The position numbers and the translations under genes are program-made. The notes beneath the pieces are model-generated. The model worked only from the letters and a program-made list of their open reading frames with translations. It did not search any database and had not been told where the DNA came from. A DNA stretch of 63,089 bases, the filler included, from Kipferlia bialata (Eukaryota): assembly GCA_003568945.1 (NCBI GenBank). It is 6 parts of 6 records of this genome, joined end to end, with 100 filler letters (N's around TTAATTAATTAA, not from the genome) between each part and the next. Parts side by side here need not be neighbours in the genome. Positions count along the whole stretch, not along the records: positions 12,204 to 24,303 come from BDIP01001133.1; positions 24,404 to 36,499 come from BDIP01001134.1; 4 more parts are not named here. One strand, written 5' to 3'. Shown in pieces: positions 14,143 through 27,500 of this stretch (position 1 is the stretch's first letter; each line of letters opens with the position of its first letter).

Positions 14143-16823
14143 CTAGAACCCCAGCCCTGTACACTCGAGTGCTGTCCCCTCTACCAGCATGTCACGCACA
14201 ATCTGGCCTGTCTGTGCCCCTGTTCTTATGGCATACCCTACCGGCACAGCAGCGGGGGGCATCATGAGGATATCAGGGTCTGTGACACCCACCTGGTGGG
14301 TCTGTATCATAGACACACAGGACCCAGGGGGGGTGGAGATGACAGGGGTGCCTCTATCAACGGCAATGCCTAGGTGGGCAGCAACGACCTGGGGGGTGAG
14401 TAAGGTGGTGGTCAATAACCGTATCCAATGCGTTATACTATGCACCATATGCCGTACCCTCACCGACCCATGTGCCGTAGGGTACATGTCTGTAGACCCC
14501 ACCCCCTCTGTTACCCTCTCAGCCTCAGATGAGGCATCCTGCCCACTCCCCCACCGGATGGTCTGTCGTCAGCTGATGCTACAATACCCACTATCCACTA
14601 GACATCCTACCTGTAGGTATGCGTCGTGTGACGTTGTGTTGAGGGGTACAGTTGTGGGGTCCCAAGACACATTGGGGATGAACTCAGCTGGAGTCAGTCC
14701 CAGGAGTATACAGTGAGACACACAGAATTGACAGACACCCATAATAACCATACAGACTCTATATCTTGATAAGTTACTCACCCTCCAGCAGTGCCCGGTA
14801 GATAGGCTCTACGGCCAGTGGTGCATGTGCATACTGGTCCCACATGGATACACTGGAGTATTCCTTATGGCCCAACTGGCACTTGACCTGTACCAGGTTG
14901 GAGTATCTATAGTGAGGGAAGGGGTGGTAGGCAGGGGGGAGTGTCACTATACTTTCTGCCGACCTTGCTCCAGGCGCACTATCTATAGAGCACCACCCCT
15001 GGTAGGGTATGTCGTCAGGCAGGCGGAGGGGGTAGTTGCGCTGATGGTGAGGATGAGGGTAGAGAGAGACAGGATATAGGAAGGAATGGGTGTCCTGAGC
15101 CCATATCACACTGTGTACTGTATACACTGTAGACACCCACATCATGAGGCATGTTGGCATGGTCAGGGTCCATCTGTAGGGCCCACCCCACAGTGATCAT
15201 GGGCAGCACACTCTTAGACAGACCCACATCGCTGTGGGTCCGATACCGCAGGGTGGGGGTGGTGTCCACAACTACTATATCAGCCTCCAGCCCTGTACTG
15301 TCACCCCCCCAGAGGACAGAGTACCGCCCATCCTCAGACCCCCTAGTCACATCCACCCTCTTGGGTCCCCCCTCCATACCAATATCACCCACATCCACTA
15401 TCTCCACTGACTGTGGCCCCCCCTCTATCTCCTCCCAGTATGCCTGGGCTATCTCCTCCTCATCCACCCTTGGGTTGCCCTCTATGTACCCACAGGTGGC
15501 TGTGTCTGACACACCCTCGAAGGCATGGGCCAGGGTCTCCACCCAAGTGCCGGTCACTTCCTAGGGTGGGCAGGTATGATGGTCATACAAGATATCATAT
15601 GATATGATGCACTCTGTGAGATACCACTGCATATGCCCCTACCTCTACTCGGATGGGCACTGCTGACAGGGGCTTTCCCACCCCTGTTCTCAAGTATCTG
15701 CATATACTAGGCGTCCCCCCACGCATTGAGTCCACTATCGATGCAGGGAGGGTGTCTATCTCATATTTACATGGGTAGTATGGGGGTGGGGCCTCTGCCA
15801 CCACAGGCACTAGAGTGTCAGGGACGGGGAGCCAGTCTAGGCCAATCTGGGGTCAGTGTGTATTACACAAATAATATACATTGATAATACCATAGTGACT
15901 GCACCTTGTCTGCCCCTGCCTGTCTCTCCTCTGCCCTGTCATGGGGGGTGTCACCCAGAACACCGCCTGGGGTGGGTATACAGTAGACATTTCAGTGCCT
16001 TAGGGGAACTACAGGTAGTACTATCTTGACAGCGCTGTGCTGACTACTATGTATGATCACCCTCCCCCACCTGTGAGCAGTGTCACCCTGACCCTGTCTC
16101 TATCCAGTGTACCATCTGCCATGCGTCTGGATAGCTCAGACACAGTCACTGGGGGTCAGAATACTATGGTATAGGATGTGTCAATCACTATCATAGACAT
16201 CAGAGCCAACTGGGAGTGAATCCTCACAGGTTGTTTTCAATGCTTGGCGACACAATCCACACAAGTGGATATCAGGCACATACCTAGTGAGGTGAGAGAT
16301 CCCCCGACAACCACAATGTGTTTGGGGTCACTCCCTGTCTCTGTCTCTACCGCATCATCTGATCCTTCTGTGTCCTCCTCTGCATCACCACCCGTGTCAA
16401 TGGTATCATCCTCTTCAGGTACATCCCCCTCAGACTCTCCCTCATCCTCACCAGGACCATCTGCCTCAGTCTCCTCCCCCTCTTCACTCTCTTCACTCTC
16501 TTCACTCTCTCCCTCTGACTCTTCCTGACCAGTATCAGACTCCTCTCCTGTATCCATACCGTCTGTATCTGGGTCATGGTCAGTGTCAATATCATCCATG
16601 TCCCCCTCTTCTTCCTGGCTGTCTGTGCCCTCCGGGGTAGTATCCTCTCCCTGGGGCAAACCCTCTCCCTCTCCCTCCCCCTGACCCTGACCCTGACCAC
16701 CCCCAGACTGCACTGCATGGCTGTTGGCATACTTGCACAGGAGAATGTAGACCACAGAGGATACTGGGGTGAGGGAGGAGTATACAGGAGAGGTTGACTA
16801 TGCGAGATAGGAACATTCAATCT

Positions 16824-16860
<37 letters not shown>

Positions 16861-16920
16861 ACCGCACAGGACTATAACATGATTGGAGCGAGAGATCTGG
16901 AGGGGGGGGGGGGGGGGCAT
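14143..16920 (-). CDS. Membrane-anchored protein with acidic linker and degenerate FAD-binding Rossmann / amine-oxidase-like (prenylcysteine oxidase-like) fold
   Basis: ATG at 16920, then MPPPPPLQISRSNHVIVLCVSSVVYILLCKY (signal anchor) and a ~120-aa D/E-rich tract. Next come KHIVVVGGSLTSL-VTVSELSRR..VRVTLLT (beta-alpha-beta) and later GYIEGNP and EADIVVVDTTP. The gene is well supported; the fold call is weak. Confidence 0.55.
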
Positions 16921-17228
16921 GAGACAGAGTATATACACTGTATTGAGAGAGAGACTTGTTGCATACAGTATATGCCGCTATTGAGTACCAACTCTAAACA
17001 CAGTATAACATACCTATGAGATATATGGCTATCCTGCGCATGGACCGGCCCCTGTAGCCTAGACCATCCTGCATAGGGTGACTGTACCTACAGGCACACC
17101 CATAAAAGCTACTCATGAGTCATGAGTCATGACCCTCGCCTTGACCCTCAATTTGTTCTTCAAACGTCCAACGTCTATCGAATAAGATTCTTAGTTGCCG
17201 CCTTTTCTTAACCATTGACTCTGAGCCA

Positions 17229-20200
17229 ATGACTTCCCTGAGAGTCGGTGTCGCTCTAGTGTGTCTCTGTCTGTGTCTCAGCGTCTATGCTGCGTCCCCT
17301 ATGGAGACTGACGCCCTTAACGAGCTGTACCGGTACGTATGGAGTCCAATATTTCATTGTCAGTGTCTACCATATCATTATGTGTATCCACTCCTCACTC
17401 TGTGTTGGCCATTATAATTCGGGTGGTAATTGGATGGGTAGCACATTCGAGCATATTCATTTGTATGGGTGCAGTAAGCAATTGATTGTCATCGTTGCCA
17501 TTTATCAGTCTGTTTCCTTCCGATTAGTCCTAATATACACACACATGATAAACATAACCAGTGTACATACCTCTTTATACTACATATACGGGCCTGTAAC
17601 CTCCCTGGGGTGTATCCATATAACATATTCTTGCATATGTACTATTGTTAGATTCCGTTTGGAACCCGCCCAAGTTCTGCCGCCACTTCTGAAATCTTGC
17701 AATATGTATATGGTACCAGCTACTCATGCCCACGTGGCATATTGCCAATGATTACTCATCCTAGTCGATGTTCCCCCCCTATGCCTCCCTCCCCCTTCCC
17801 CTATCCATCCCTACTATCCCTTTCTCTTCGTTCTGAAATCTATCCCCCATATCTACCCCATATCTACTCACTTGCAGGGTGACCAATGGGCGCCACTGGG
17901 ACATCCAGGACGGGTGGGACACAACAGCTGACGCATGCACGTGGTTTGGAGTGGAGTGCAATGCCATGCTGAATGTGACTGGCATAGCACTTGGGAACAA
18001 CAGCCTCAAGGTGGGTCTTTCTCTCTCTCTCTCCTTCGTATTGTCTATTGACTATCTCTCTCTCTCCCCTCTCTCTCATGTCCCAGGGTTCCCTCTATGG
18101 AGTGCCCTTCCAGACACAGCTGCCCAGCCTCACCAGGTATATATATTCATATATATATATATATATATAAATGTATTTCAGATGTGTTCCATGCCTACAT
18201 GTCCATTCTCCGTCTCACCCCAGCATCGACATATCCAGCAACGATGTGGACGGACCCATGCCGGTACGTATTGGTATCCGCTCTCTCTCTCTCTCTCTCT
18301 CTGTTTCTCTCTCTCTCTCTCTCTCTTTCAGTATTTGTCCCCTCTCACCCCCAGCCCCTCCCCACCTCCATCTATGCCCTGTCAATCAAGTACAACAGAG
18401 GCATCACCGCCCTGCCCACCAACCTGTGCGACATGACACAGCTCGCATTTGCACACATGGACTTCTGCGGCATAGAGGGTGAGGGCAGATACATATCTAT
18501 ATAGTCTGCTCTACGAGACCGATTAATAGAGTTGCCCACGTGTCAACGCTGCACATACCCTCACCCCCAGGTTCCCTCCCCTCCTGTGTGGGTACTGAGA
18601 TGACATCCCTCCAGGTGGGTGCATGTGCATGTGTTATGTTGGTACTCATTTACGGATCCCTTCACTATCATCACACCATATTCTCTACCCACTGATCTTA
18701 CCCTAGGTCCTGGGTCTCACTGACAACAACCTGTCTGGTGAGCTCCCATCTGGCCTCGCCACCAACGCAGCCCTCGAGACACTGCAGGTGGGTATGCCCT
18801 TCGTATTCATGCTACTTATCATGCGTCCTTCTTCTATTTGGGCCCAGTTAACCTCTAGCTTGGTGGCAACCAGTTCTCCGGTGAGATCCCCCCCTTTGGA
18901 GCTGAGTCTCTGTCGCTGTCTGTGCTGGACCTGTCCTCAAACAGCCTCAGGTGCAGGGGAGATATAGATACTATATATATACTATATATAGATACATAGT
19001 GGGTATGGGTCAGTGCTCTTCCTCTCTCCTAACCCCAGTGGCTCCATCCCCTCTTCCCTCGACGACTGTCCCAACCTCATAGAGGCAGATGTACAGGGGA
19101 ACGCACTCTCAGGTACAGTGGGCATCCATCACGTATAGTGTACATATCCCCGTACAGTACTGACCCCAGGCACTCTCTCCCCCTCTTTCTCCCATGGCCT
19201 AGTGGTGGCAGATGCTAGAGATAACACCCTGGGGGGCACACTCACATGTGACATGCTCGGTACGGCACATACTGTGTATATACACTCTGTCTACCCATTC
19301 ATACCCACATCCCTCACCCCTAGACAACTCCCTGCAGTACCTGCTGCTGTCTGGCAACAGCCTGTCTGGCCACCTACCCTCTGATGAATGTCTGGAGGGT
19401 GTCACAATCCCCGTGGTCGATGTCAGGTATGCATAGTATCAGGTATCAGACCCGGTATGTGAGTGTCCCTGCCTCACCCCCAGCAACAACCCGTTCCTGT
19501 GCCCTGTCTCTAGACTGGCCGAGGAGAAGCTGAATGCAGAGTGCACATACCTATTCACACCGGCAGAGATCACAGTCTACATAGGTATGGATGTACATAT
19601 ATAGTGTGTCTGACCTGAATTGGCATTCCTCACCCCCAGACGACCCTGCCCTCACCTTCCCCGTGCACACCGGGATGGGACTCAGATACCCCATAGAGGA
19701 GGGGCTCACGTGCAGGTGGGGAGTGAACATTCAGGCAGTATGATCAGTGTACTCTCTCCCTCACTCTATCCCTCCGCCTCACCCATAGGTTCCTCGACAC
19801 CGGTCTGGAGACAAGGGCCATACTCACCCCCAATGAGATGGACTATGGTACGGGTGTGATGTATATATTCCTCCTCCTTCTCTCCCCCTACCCCCAGAGT
19901 TCCCCACCCTGACCTGCCCAACATCCTCTGCCAATGGCATAGCACCGGTGGGGGAGGAGCTGGAGATACTGTACCAGGGAACTAGGGTGTCAACAGGTAT
20001 GGTGGGGTACTACATGAGTCACTCATCTCTCTCTCTCTCTCTCTCTCTCCCTTCCCCCAGGCACTGTGCAGGTCACCCTGCTAGACCCCTATGGCATACC
20101 CTATGAGATGCCAGGGGCCAAGGCAGCAGAGGGGGAGAGAGACCCAGTGGCACTAGAGGTATGTGCACTCCTACATATGTGAATACACTGTATGCCCTGA

Positions 20201-21237
20201 CCCCCCAGGTGTATGGCATGTCCAAGTGCCCTGACTACTCATCCATAGTGCTAGAGGTCATGACCCCACTCAGGTATGAGGCAAAGATGATTATATCACA
20301 CATTGATACTGCGGTAACCTCTCTCTCTCCAGCCCTCTATACACTCCTCTCACCCCAGGGAGGCCCTTGGCGATGACATTGTCCAGTTCACAGTGGGTGA
20401 GTGGTTGTGTATACTTGGATAGATGTACACATGGCATTAGTACCCGCTCTATTCACTGTCCTGTCTTCCTGCAATATCGACTGATGCCCTCCCCACCCCA
20501 GGCTTCATCGCTGACTCTGGTCCTGCCTATGCCTCAGGGTTCTGGTCTCTGCATGGCCAGACAGAGGCCATCGGCGACGAGGCCACGCTCTGTGCACAGG
20601 ATATACTGGGTACGGGTGTGTATATGTAGTATATGGTATATAATATCGACAACCCACCCCAGGCGTTGATGCCTACCTCCCCCTTGCAGAGTGTCTGTAT
20701 GAGGATATTGAGGCCGTGCCCTCCAACCTCCATCAGTGCCTACAGGACCTATACCCAGACCAGACGGAGGACGTGCTAGGTACGGAGGGGTGGATGTATA
20801 TGTGTATGCCTAGTTCCATGTCTCTCCCCAACATGTTCATGTACACCTATACCATCCTGCCCACCCCAGCCTGTACGTATGGCCAGGACAGCAGGGATAT
20901 GATGACAGACTCCTACACAAGGGCAAATACACTCAGGTACCGATGGGAGAATCCTTCGTTGTCGCGGAATCGCAATCACCCATACATCCTCTCTCTCTCT
21001 CTCTCTCCCCCTCACCCCAGGGCCAACTGGTCCCCCACTGCCTATATCGATGGGGACAGATACTGTCTGTGGCACTCAGACCCATGCCCGGCACAGGACT
21101 GGACAGACTTCGCTGCACAGGTAGGCATTATATATACTCTCTCTCTCTCTGTCTCTGTCTCTGTCTCTGTCCCACCCCAGGTGTGTGAGGCATATGGTGA
21201 GCCAGTCCCTATCCAGTGCCTACCCTTCCTCAGGTAG
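17229..21237 (+). CDS. Secreted LRR (plant-type LRRNT + LRRs) - Ig/IPT-like - GILT thiol reductase fusion protein, ~20 exons
   Basis: Signal peptide MTSLRVGVALVCLCLCLSVYA; LRRNT ALNELYR-VTNGRHWDIQDGWDTTADACTWFGVEC; LRRs LGLTDNNLSGELP, LGGNQFSGEIP, LDLSSNSLSGSIP. C-terminus VALEVYGMSKCPDY...SLHGQTEAIGD..LC...WSPTAYIDG...VCEAYGEPVPIQC matches GILT. Stop at 21235-21237. Confidence 0.85.
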
Positions 21238-21541
21238 AGGGCACCATGAGAGACCCTCGCCAATTCCATACAACAAAACAACAAACTTAACAATAGATTA
21301 TCCTGTACCACTTGTACGATTGAAAGAGACAGTGTCATACTGAGTGTCCACGGTATAAAGATTTGTGAAAGAACACTCACTCAATCAGTACGATCACAAT
21401 CAAATAGTACAATATATTGTGTCAACTCGACCATATCATCCTAGACCTGGGTATATACAGACAGTCTCCCCATGTCTAGTTGGACCCCACCATCTCTTAT
21501 GGACTTGGGTCCGTGTATACAGTAGACAGTGCTCCCCCTGT

Positions 21542-21757
21542 CTAGTTGGACCCCAGCAGCGTGGAGAGTCTCTGGCTGGATGCACTGGAAGGGGTGGGTC
21601 GGAAGGAGGCAGAGGCAGAGAAGCCTGGGGTGAGGTTAAGGCCTTCAACACAGGGACCCAGGATCTGACATACTGGTATAGAAAGAGAGAGAGACACTCA
21701 CTTGGGCTGTGTGGGCTGCATATGATGGGTGTGAGGGTGTCGAGCTCGGCCTTGACC
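21542..21757 (-). CDS. 3' end (two exons) of a hypothetical protein, truncated at N gap 21802-21877
   Basis: CTCACCCCCAG acceptor, then VKAELDTLTPIICSPHSP-SFSASASFRPTPSSASSQRLSTLLGSN* in phase across a GTGAGT...CCCCAG intron. Confidence 0.45.
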
Positions 21758-21988
21758 CTGGGGGTGAGGGGGGGGGGGGGGGTTTGATCACTTGAAAGGA
21801 ANNNNNNNNNNNNNNNNNNNNNNNNNNNNNNNNNNNNNNNNNNNNNNNNNNNNNNNNNNNNNNNNNNNNNNNNNNNNCCCAATGTTTTCGCCCTTCCCCC
21901 CCCCCCCCCCCCCCCACCAGCCTTGTACCCGATGCATATATATACACTATATATACTATACTGTATGTGTTATAGTCCTCATTCCTAG

Positions 21989-22878
21989 GGTACCCGAGGC
22001 CTTGGCACTGCCTGCCCCCCCTACCAGCCTTGTGCCAGATGTGCCCATGGTACTCAGACTGTGCGACTTCTGGCTGAGATTCTACTCGAGGTATGTATTG
22101 TTTGTATATACTTATATATATATGTATATTCAGAGGCTCGGTGACTTCTGGCTGAGGTTCTACTCAAAGTATATATATACATTCAGGTATAGCATGATCC
22201 TCGACGTCTCTCACTGTCTCTCTCTCTCTCTGCTGTCTCTCTCCCTTACCCCCCAGGCGTAACAAGGACCTCCGCACCCTCAGGTCCAGTCTCAGAGTCA
22301 GGGTCAGGGACTTTAGGTATATTTGCATATTACACACACACACACATGTATATATATATATATATATATATGTATATTGATTACATATAGTATATACATC
22401 ATGTTTAGTATGTATAGTATAGGTATGTAGTTACATGCCCAGTCTCAGAGTCAGGGACTTTACGTACACATATGTATACGTATAGAGTGTATCGTGATCC
22501 ATGTATGAGTATATTTTGATATTTAGTAGGCACTTATAGTGCTGACCTCTCCTTATACCCAGATGAGTGGCCGACTGTCATATCGATATATGTGTCCTAT
22601 GTACAAGTACTGAAGTGTATTAACCCTTAACACGTGTATAGTGTATGTTATGACCTCTCCTTACACCCAGATATGTGGCCGAGACTGTCATATCCATCCT
22701 GGGACCGGTGCCTGTTAGGTGGGTATATCAATATATCTTTATATGTATGTATATATCAGGTGGGGATATCTCTCTCCCTAGTATGCAGTATTGGATATCC
22801 ACAGACGATGAATGACGCATCTCTTTCTTCCCCTCTGTCTCTCCTTTTGCATTGGCATGGCACCTCCCTGTGCAGTGA

Positions 22879-22909
<31 letters not shown>

Positions 22910-23420
22910 TCCTCTAATACATAGGTATGGCCCCTCCCTGTGCAGTGAGGAGGAGCAGGAGATGGCACGGAATGGGACAAAGGTAAGAGGGTATATATGT
23001 ATATATATAGAGTAGCATTTATATATATATATAGAGAGAGAGGAGCAGGACATGGCAAGGAATGGTACAAAGGTATGCGTACGCAAGGGTCTCCCTCCCA
23101 TATTTCTCTTCCTCTACCACCCTATTACTAGCAGCTAAAGGCTCACTGCTATGCCAAAGCCTCCCCCCGCCCTTCCCTCTCTCTCTTCCTCTAGACCCTT
23201 ATCATCAGGAGTTGGATGCCCTTTATGCCAAGGGTAACACCCTGTCTCTCTCTCTCTCTCTCTCATCTACACCCCTTATCATCAGGAGTTGGATGCCCTT
23301 TATGCCAAGGGTAACACCCTGTCTGGCAAGTACGATGGTGTCACATCCATAGCAGAGAAGGACAGAAAGTCACACGGCTGGGTACTGCCGCTAGAGTACG
23401 TATACCCTGATACCGAGTAA
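21989..23420 (+). CDS. Hypothetical protein, 3' part (5 exons), 5'-truncated
   Basis: In-phase exons VPEALALPAPPTSLVPDVPMVLRLCDFWLRFYSR-RNKDLRTLRSSLRVRVRDFR-YVAETVISILGPVPVR-YGPSLCSEEEQEMARNGTK-ELDALYAKG...YPDTE*. Confidence 0.6.
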
Positions 23421-23570
23421 CCAATAGAGTAGCAAAACCAGCAAGCAACACGAATTGTTTGTTTAACAAAAGGGTTTATAGTTTTTGTGTTGATTCTTGT
23501 TGTGTTGAGCTGAATATCCACACGACAATACACCCTGCTTCTACCAATACAGCTACAGCCATATACCAAT

Positions 23571-23754
23571 ATGGCAAAGGGCAAGAAGAAGACGAGTCTG
23601 ATGGACATCCTGAGTGCACCCACTGAGCAGGAGGAGCACGAGCAGGCACAGAGAGACATGAGGGGAGGCAGGAAGGGGATGGGGAGGGAGAGAGAGAGAC
23701 CTGCCCCTAAGAAGGCCGAGAAGCCAGAGGACCCGGGGACAGTGACAGCCATTG
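23571..23754 (+). CDS. First exon of a hypothetical protein, 3'-truncated at linker
   Basis: MAKGKKKTSLMDILSAPTEQEEHEQAQRDMRGGRKG...PEDPGTVTAI followed by a GTGAGT donor. The start loosely recalls eIF4B (KKK..SL.DFL), but this is not supportable. Confidence 0.55.
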
Positions 23755-24252
23755 GTGAGTATATGCACACCGTACAGTATATTGACAGCCATCGGTGGGA
23801 ATATACCTATACATATAGTATATAGTGATTATATCAATATGTGTATATTAATAGTGAAGGCCGAGGAGCCAGAGGACCCGGGGACAGTGACAGCCATCGG
23901 TCAGTGGTAGTGTATTCATGTATACATAGAGAATAGAGATATAGAAATTAGTATGGTATGTATATATGGAACTGAATAGGACACCAGTGCTGATTTGCGT
24001 ATTCACAGTGTGTGGTATAGTGGACCCCCAGTGACCCTAACAGCTGCCATACATAGTACGTGTACTACTGTAAGTATGTGTGATTATAAGTGTATATATG
24101 ATGGCAGTGTGGGTAATTGGTAAACGGTACCGGTATCACAACTCTTGGTACCGACTCAGTATCAGTATCAGTATCATCAAGTACCGCTCTCTCTCCATCT
24201 CATAAGTTGTCATACTGTCAATCTAGCCTTTATTCATTTCTTGAGAGTTACA

Positions 24253-24303
<51 letters not shown>

Positions 24304-24592
24304 NNNNNNNNNNNNNNNNNNNNNNNNNNNNNNNNNNNNNNNNNNNNTTAATTAATTAANNNNNNNNNNNNNNNNNNNNNNNNNNNNNNNNNNNNNNNNN
24401 NNNCAAGGTAAATACCTCCCCCTCCCCCCCCCCCCCCCCCCCCCTTTCTCTGGAGTGATTCTGAATCATGCTGTTGCCGTTGGTGGGCAATGAGTGCATA
24501 TATACATATATGTCTCTTTCATTGAAGTGTCATGTCATAAGTTCAGTCCAATCATACAGTCTCGTTATAGATCCACCGTCTCACCCTCCCAG

Positions 24593-27500
24593 CCATTGTG
24601 GGTTCCCATGAGTGGCTGTTCATATCCATGGACAGGACTGATACCTATGGGCCCCCAGACATCCTGGTCCACAAGGAGTGAGTCAAGAACCAGTCTATAT
24701 ATATATATATATATGTTTGCTACTCATACATATACACACACATATATCATGTGACTCAACCCCCCCCCCCCCCAAACCCATACATCTCTCTCTCTCTTCT
24801 GTATCCTCCTGATGCGTGTCTCACCCTCAGTCTGGTATACCACTCCACCATACCATTCCCACAGGACACATACAACTGTGCCACTAAGCAGGAGTGGGCC
24901 GAAGAGAGGTATAACTCTGTCTCTCTCTCTCCCCCCTCCCTCTTTCATGTTGTTCATATCATGCAGGAGTGGGCCGAAGAGAGGTATCTACCCGCTATAT
25001 CCTGTCGCCCCCCTCCACGTTCCTCCACACACGTGGTTCTTTTCTCTCTCCACCCCCCCTCCCCCTCCCTCCATATCATGTTGTGTCTGGCTCTCACCCT
25101 TAGGATAGGCATGTCTGTGTCTCCCTCGGGGTCAGTCCTGGCAGTCACAGGCACAACGGCTAATGTGGGTTCTGGATATATCTCTATCTCCCTCTCTTTC
25201 CTTCTCTGTCTATTCTCTCTTCTGTAGGTCTATGTGTATGTCTCTCCCATCCCCAGTGCGATGACCCCGATCTGCCCCAGGGCATGGTCTATCTATACAC
25301 ATACAGTGACACATCACGCACATGGGGTCTGGCAGCCCAGATAGAGGCACCAGGTGTGTGGCTATGGGCAGTGCTCTATACTCCTAGTGTGTTTCCATCT
25401 TGGTAGTTACCTAGACGTTCTCGCAAGCCTCATCCCCAGGCACCCTCTCCGACCCGACCTACCCTGTGTTTGGTTCCTCTGTCTCTATGCTGTCAGACAG
25501 ATACATAGCAGTGGGGGCAACAGATGTGCAGAACAGAGACGATATAGGTGTGTCTTGACTGACATATATGTCCATATATACTGCCATCCTCTCTGCCCCT
25601 GACCCTATTAGGCACTGTCCTCCTGTATGACTGTGGCGACTCCCTATCCCAGACAGGGGATGTGGATGCAGACACCCCCAGCTGCACCCTCTCCATGACC
25701 GTGCCTCCCCCAGATGTGTGTCTGCACCCAGAGGACCAGAAGGTGTGGGGGGTATTCTGTCATACTCTCCATCTCCTTCCCCTACTGCCTCACCCCTCAC
25801 CCCTCAGGCATGTCACTGGGGAGGCCAGACACTGTCAGTCGACATGGTGAGTGCATCCACCAATAATAGTAGTTGCAGTAGATCTAATCTAATTATGTGT
25901 GATATATTGCTCTTGGTCCACAATGACGAATGCTTTAGCTATCGTATGATCAGGAATGTGACGCTGCCCACCCCCAGGCCCCCTCCACCCCTCTCCTCTC
26001 CTTTGCCACGCTTGTCAAGACAGACATCGAGCACTCAGTGACTAATGGCCTGGCAGCGGTGGTAGGTACCGAGGGTTGGGTGCGTAGGAAGTGTCATCCT
26101 CGTTGATTCCCTCACCACAGTATCCATCGACCCCCTAGCTGGCACCTCCTCTGCAACCATACTGCCACTCCCACTCAAGGTGGGGTGATGTCATTATAGT
26201 ATGGCAACAGGCTCTTCTATATGTCCCACCTCACCTCCAGGAAGATGTTGGCTATCATGGGGCACAGATAGGTGAGTATAGTAGACGAAGCGAGTATAAT
26301 GTATATGTATATGTGTGTGAGTATGTATGAATACCCACCCTGTCCCCACCCGCAGCGTATGTGTCTCTGTCCAGCCCCTATCTGGCAGCTGGTCTCTATG
26401 ACTCAGAGACTCTGGCCATGTACTCTCTCTCCCCTGCCCCCGACACTGACACTGACACTGACACTGTGGGTGGAGACAGCACAGACACAGACCCTGCCAC
26501 TTATGAGTGGACCCTTGACCAGATCATCACGGGGGACATATGTACAGAGGATAGTCTAGTGCCCATATGCTCAGGGTGAGGGGATAGTTTATATATACAA
26601 TTACTTACCACTACTATGGTGGCTATCAACAATCTTGCCTTACCCCCAGGTACTTTGGCACTGCTGTCTCCCTGTCCCAGCCTGACCCTGACACCGGTCT
26701 GCCCAACATGGGGTTCCATGTGGATGACTGTCTCCATGTACGGGAGTACATGTATCTCTGTGAATATTCATTGTATATATGCTCTATATTCATTGTTCAG
26801 TACTCTTCGCCCCCCTATCCATGTATTCTTTCTATTCTGTTTGTTGTATCTCTCACTGTACAGGAGTACCACTTTGAGCAGGTGGAGAGAGGATGCATAG
26901 TCCAGATGGGGGTCGAGGAAGGGGAGGTAGGGGTTACATACACAATAGTCATTATACTACACAGTCTCTTGATACGGTGTCTGTATGGCTTCATACGATG
27001 ATTCCACTCCCTCACCGCAGTGGGCTCTGCAGGGTGCTGTTCAGTCCTTGACTACTGGAGGAATCGGGTCGGGGGAGTCGGGCCTGGTCTACACTTACCC
27101 AGGCATGTGCCTAGACCCATTGTCCTATATATTTCAGCCACATTCACATGTATATACAACTGTATCTTTATTGTGCTCACCCTGACCCCAGACATCCTCG
27201 TGACCTCTGCCTTCGATGCATCTGAGTATCTGGGTCTGGGTCTGACCGTGGCACAGGCACCACCCACCCTGCCTGTCAGGGTAGAGCCTGCACCCTCGTC
27301 CATATCCCTGGGGCAGACAACACTCGAGGACCTTAGGTACGGGTGTTGTTAGTCCCTACTCAAGCACTGATCTGTCACATGAACTAACATCGCTGTCACT
27401 CTGACATATCCCTGATATATATATATGTATGTATGTACATATGTTCTAATTCCAGGTTGAAGTTCTACGACTCAGTTGGGAACATTCTGTTTTTCAAGGG

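Noticed and set aside
21760..21990. Apparent divergent gene pair around the 76-N gap
   Set aside because: Both genes lack their 5' ends and abut poly-G/C runs, so the gap is undersized or misjoined and the arrangement cannot be interpreted.
24253..24303. Long poly-C/poly-G tracts (also 42276-42321, 44329-44369, 44632-44662) as G-quadruplex elements or polyproline ORFs
   Set aside because: Most sit at contig ends or gaps, where homopolymer length is unreliable.
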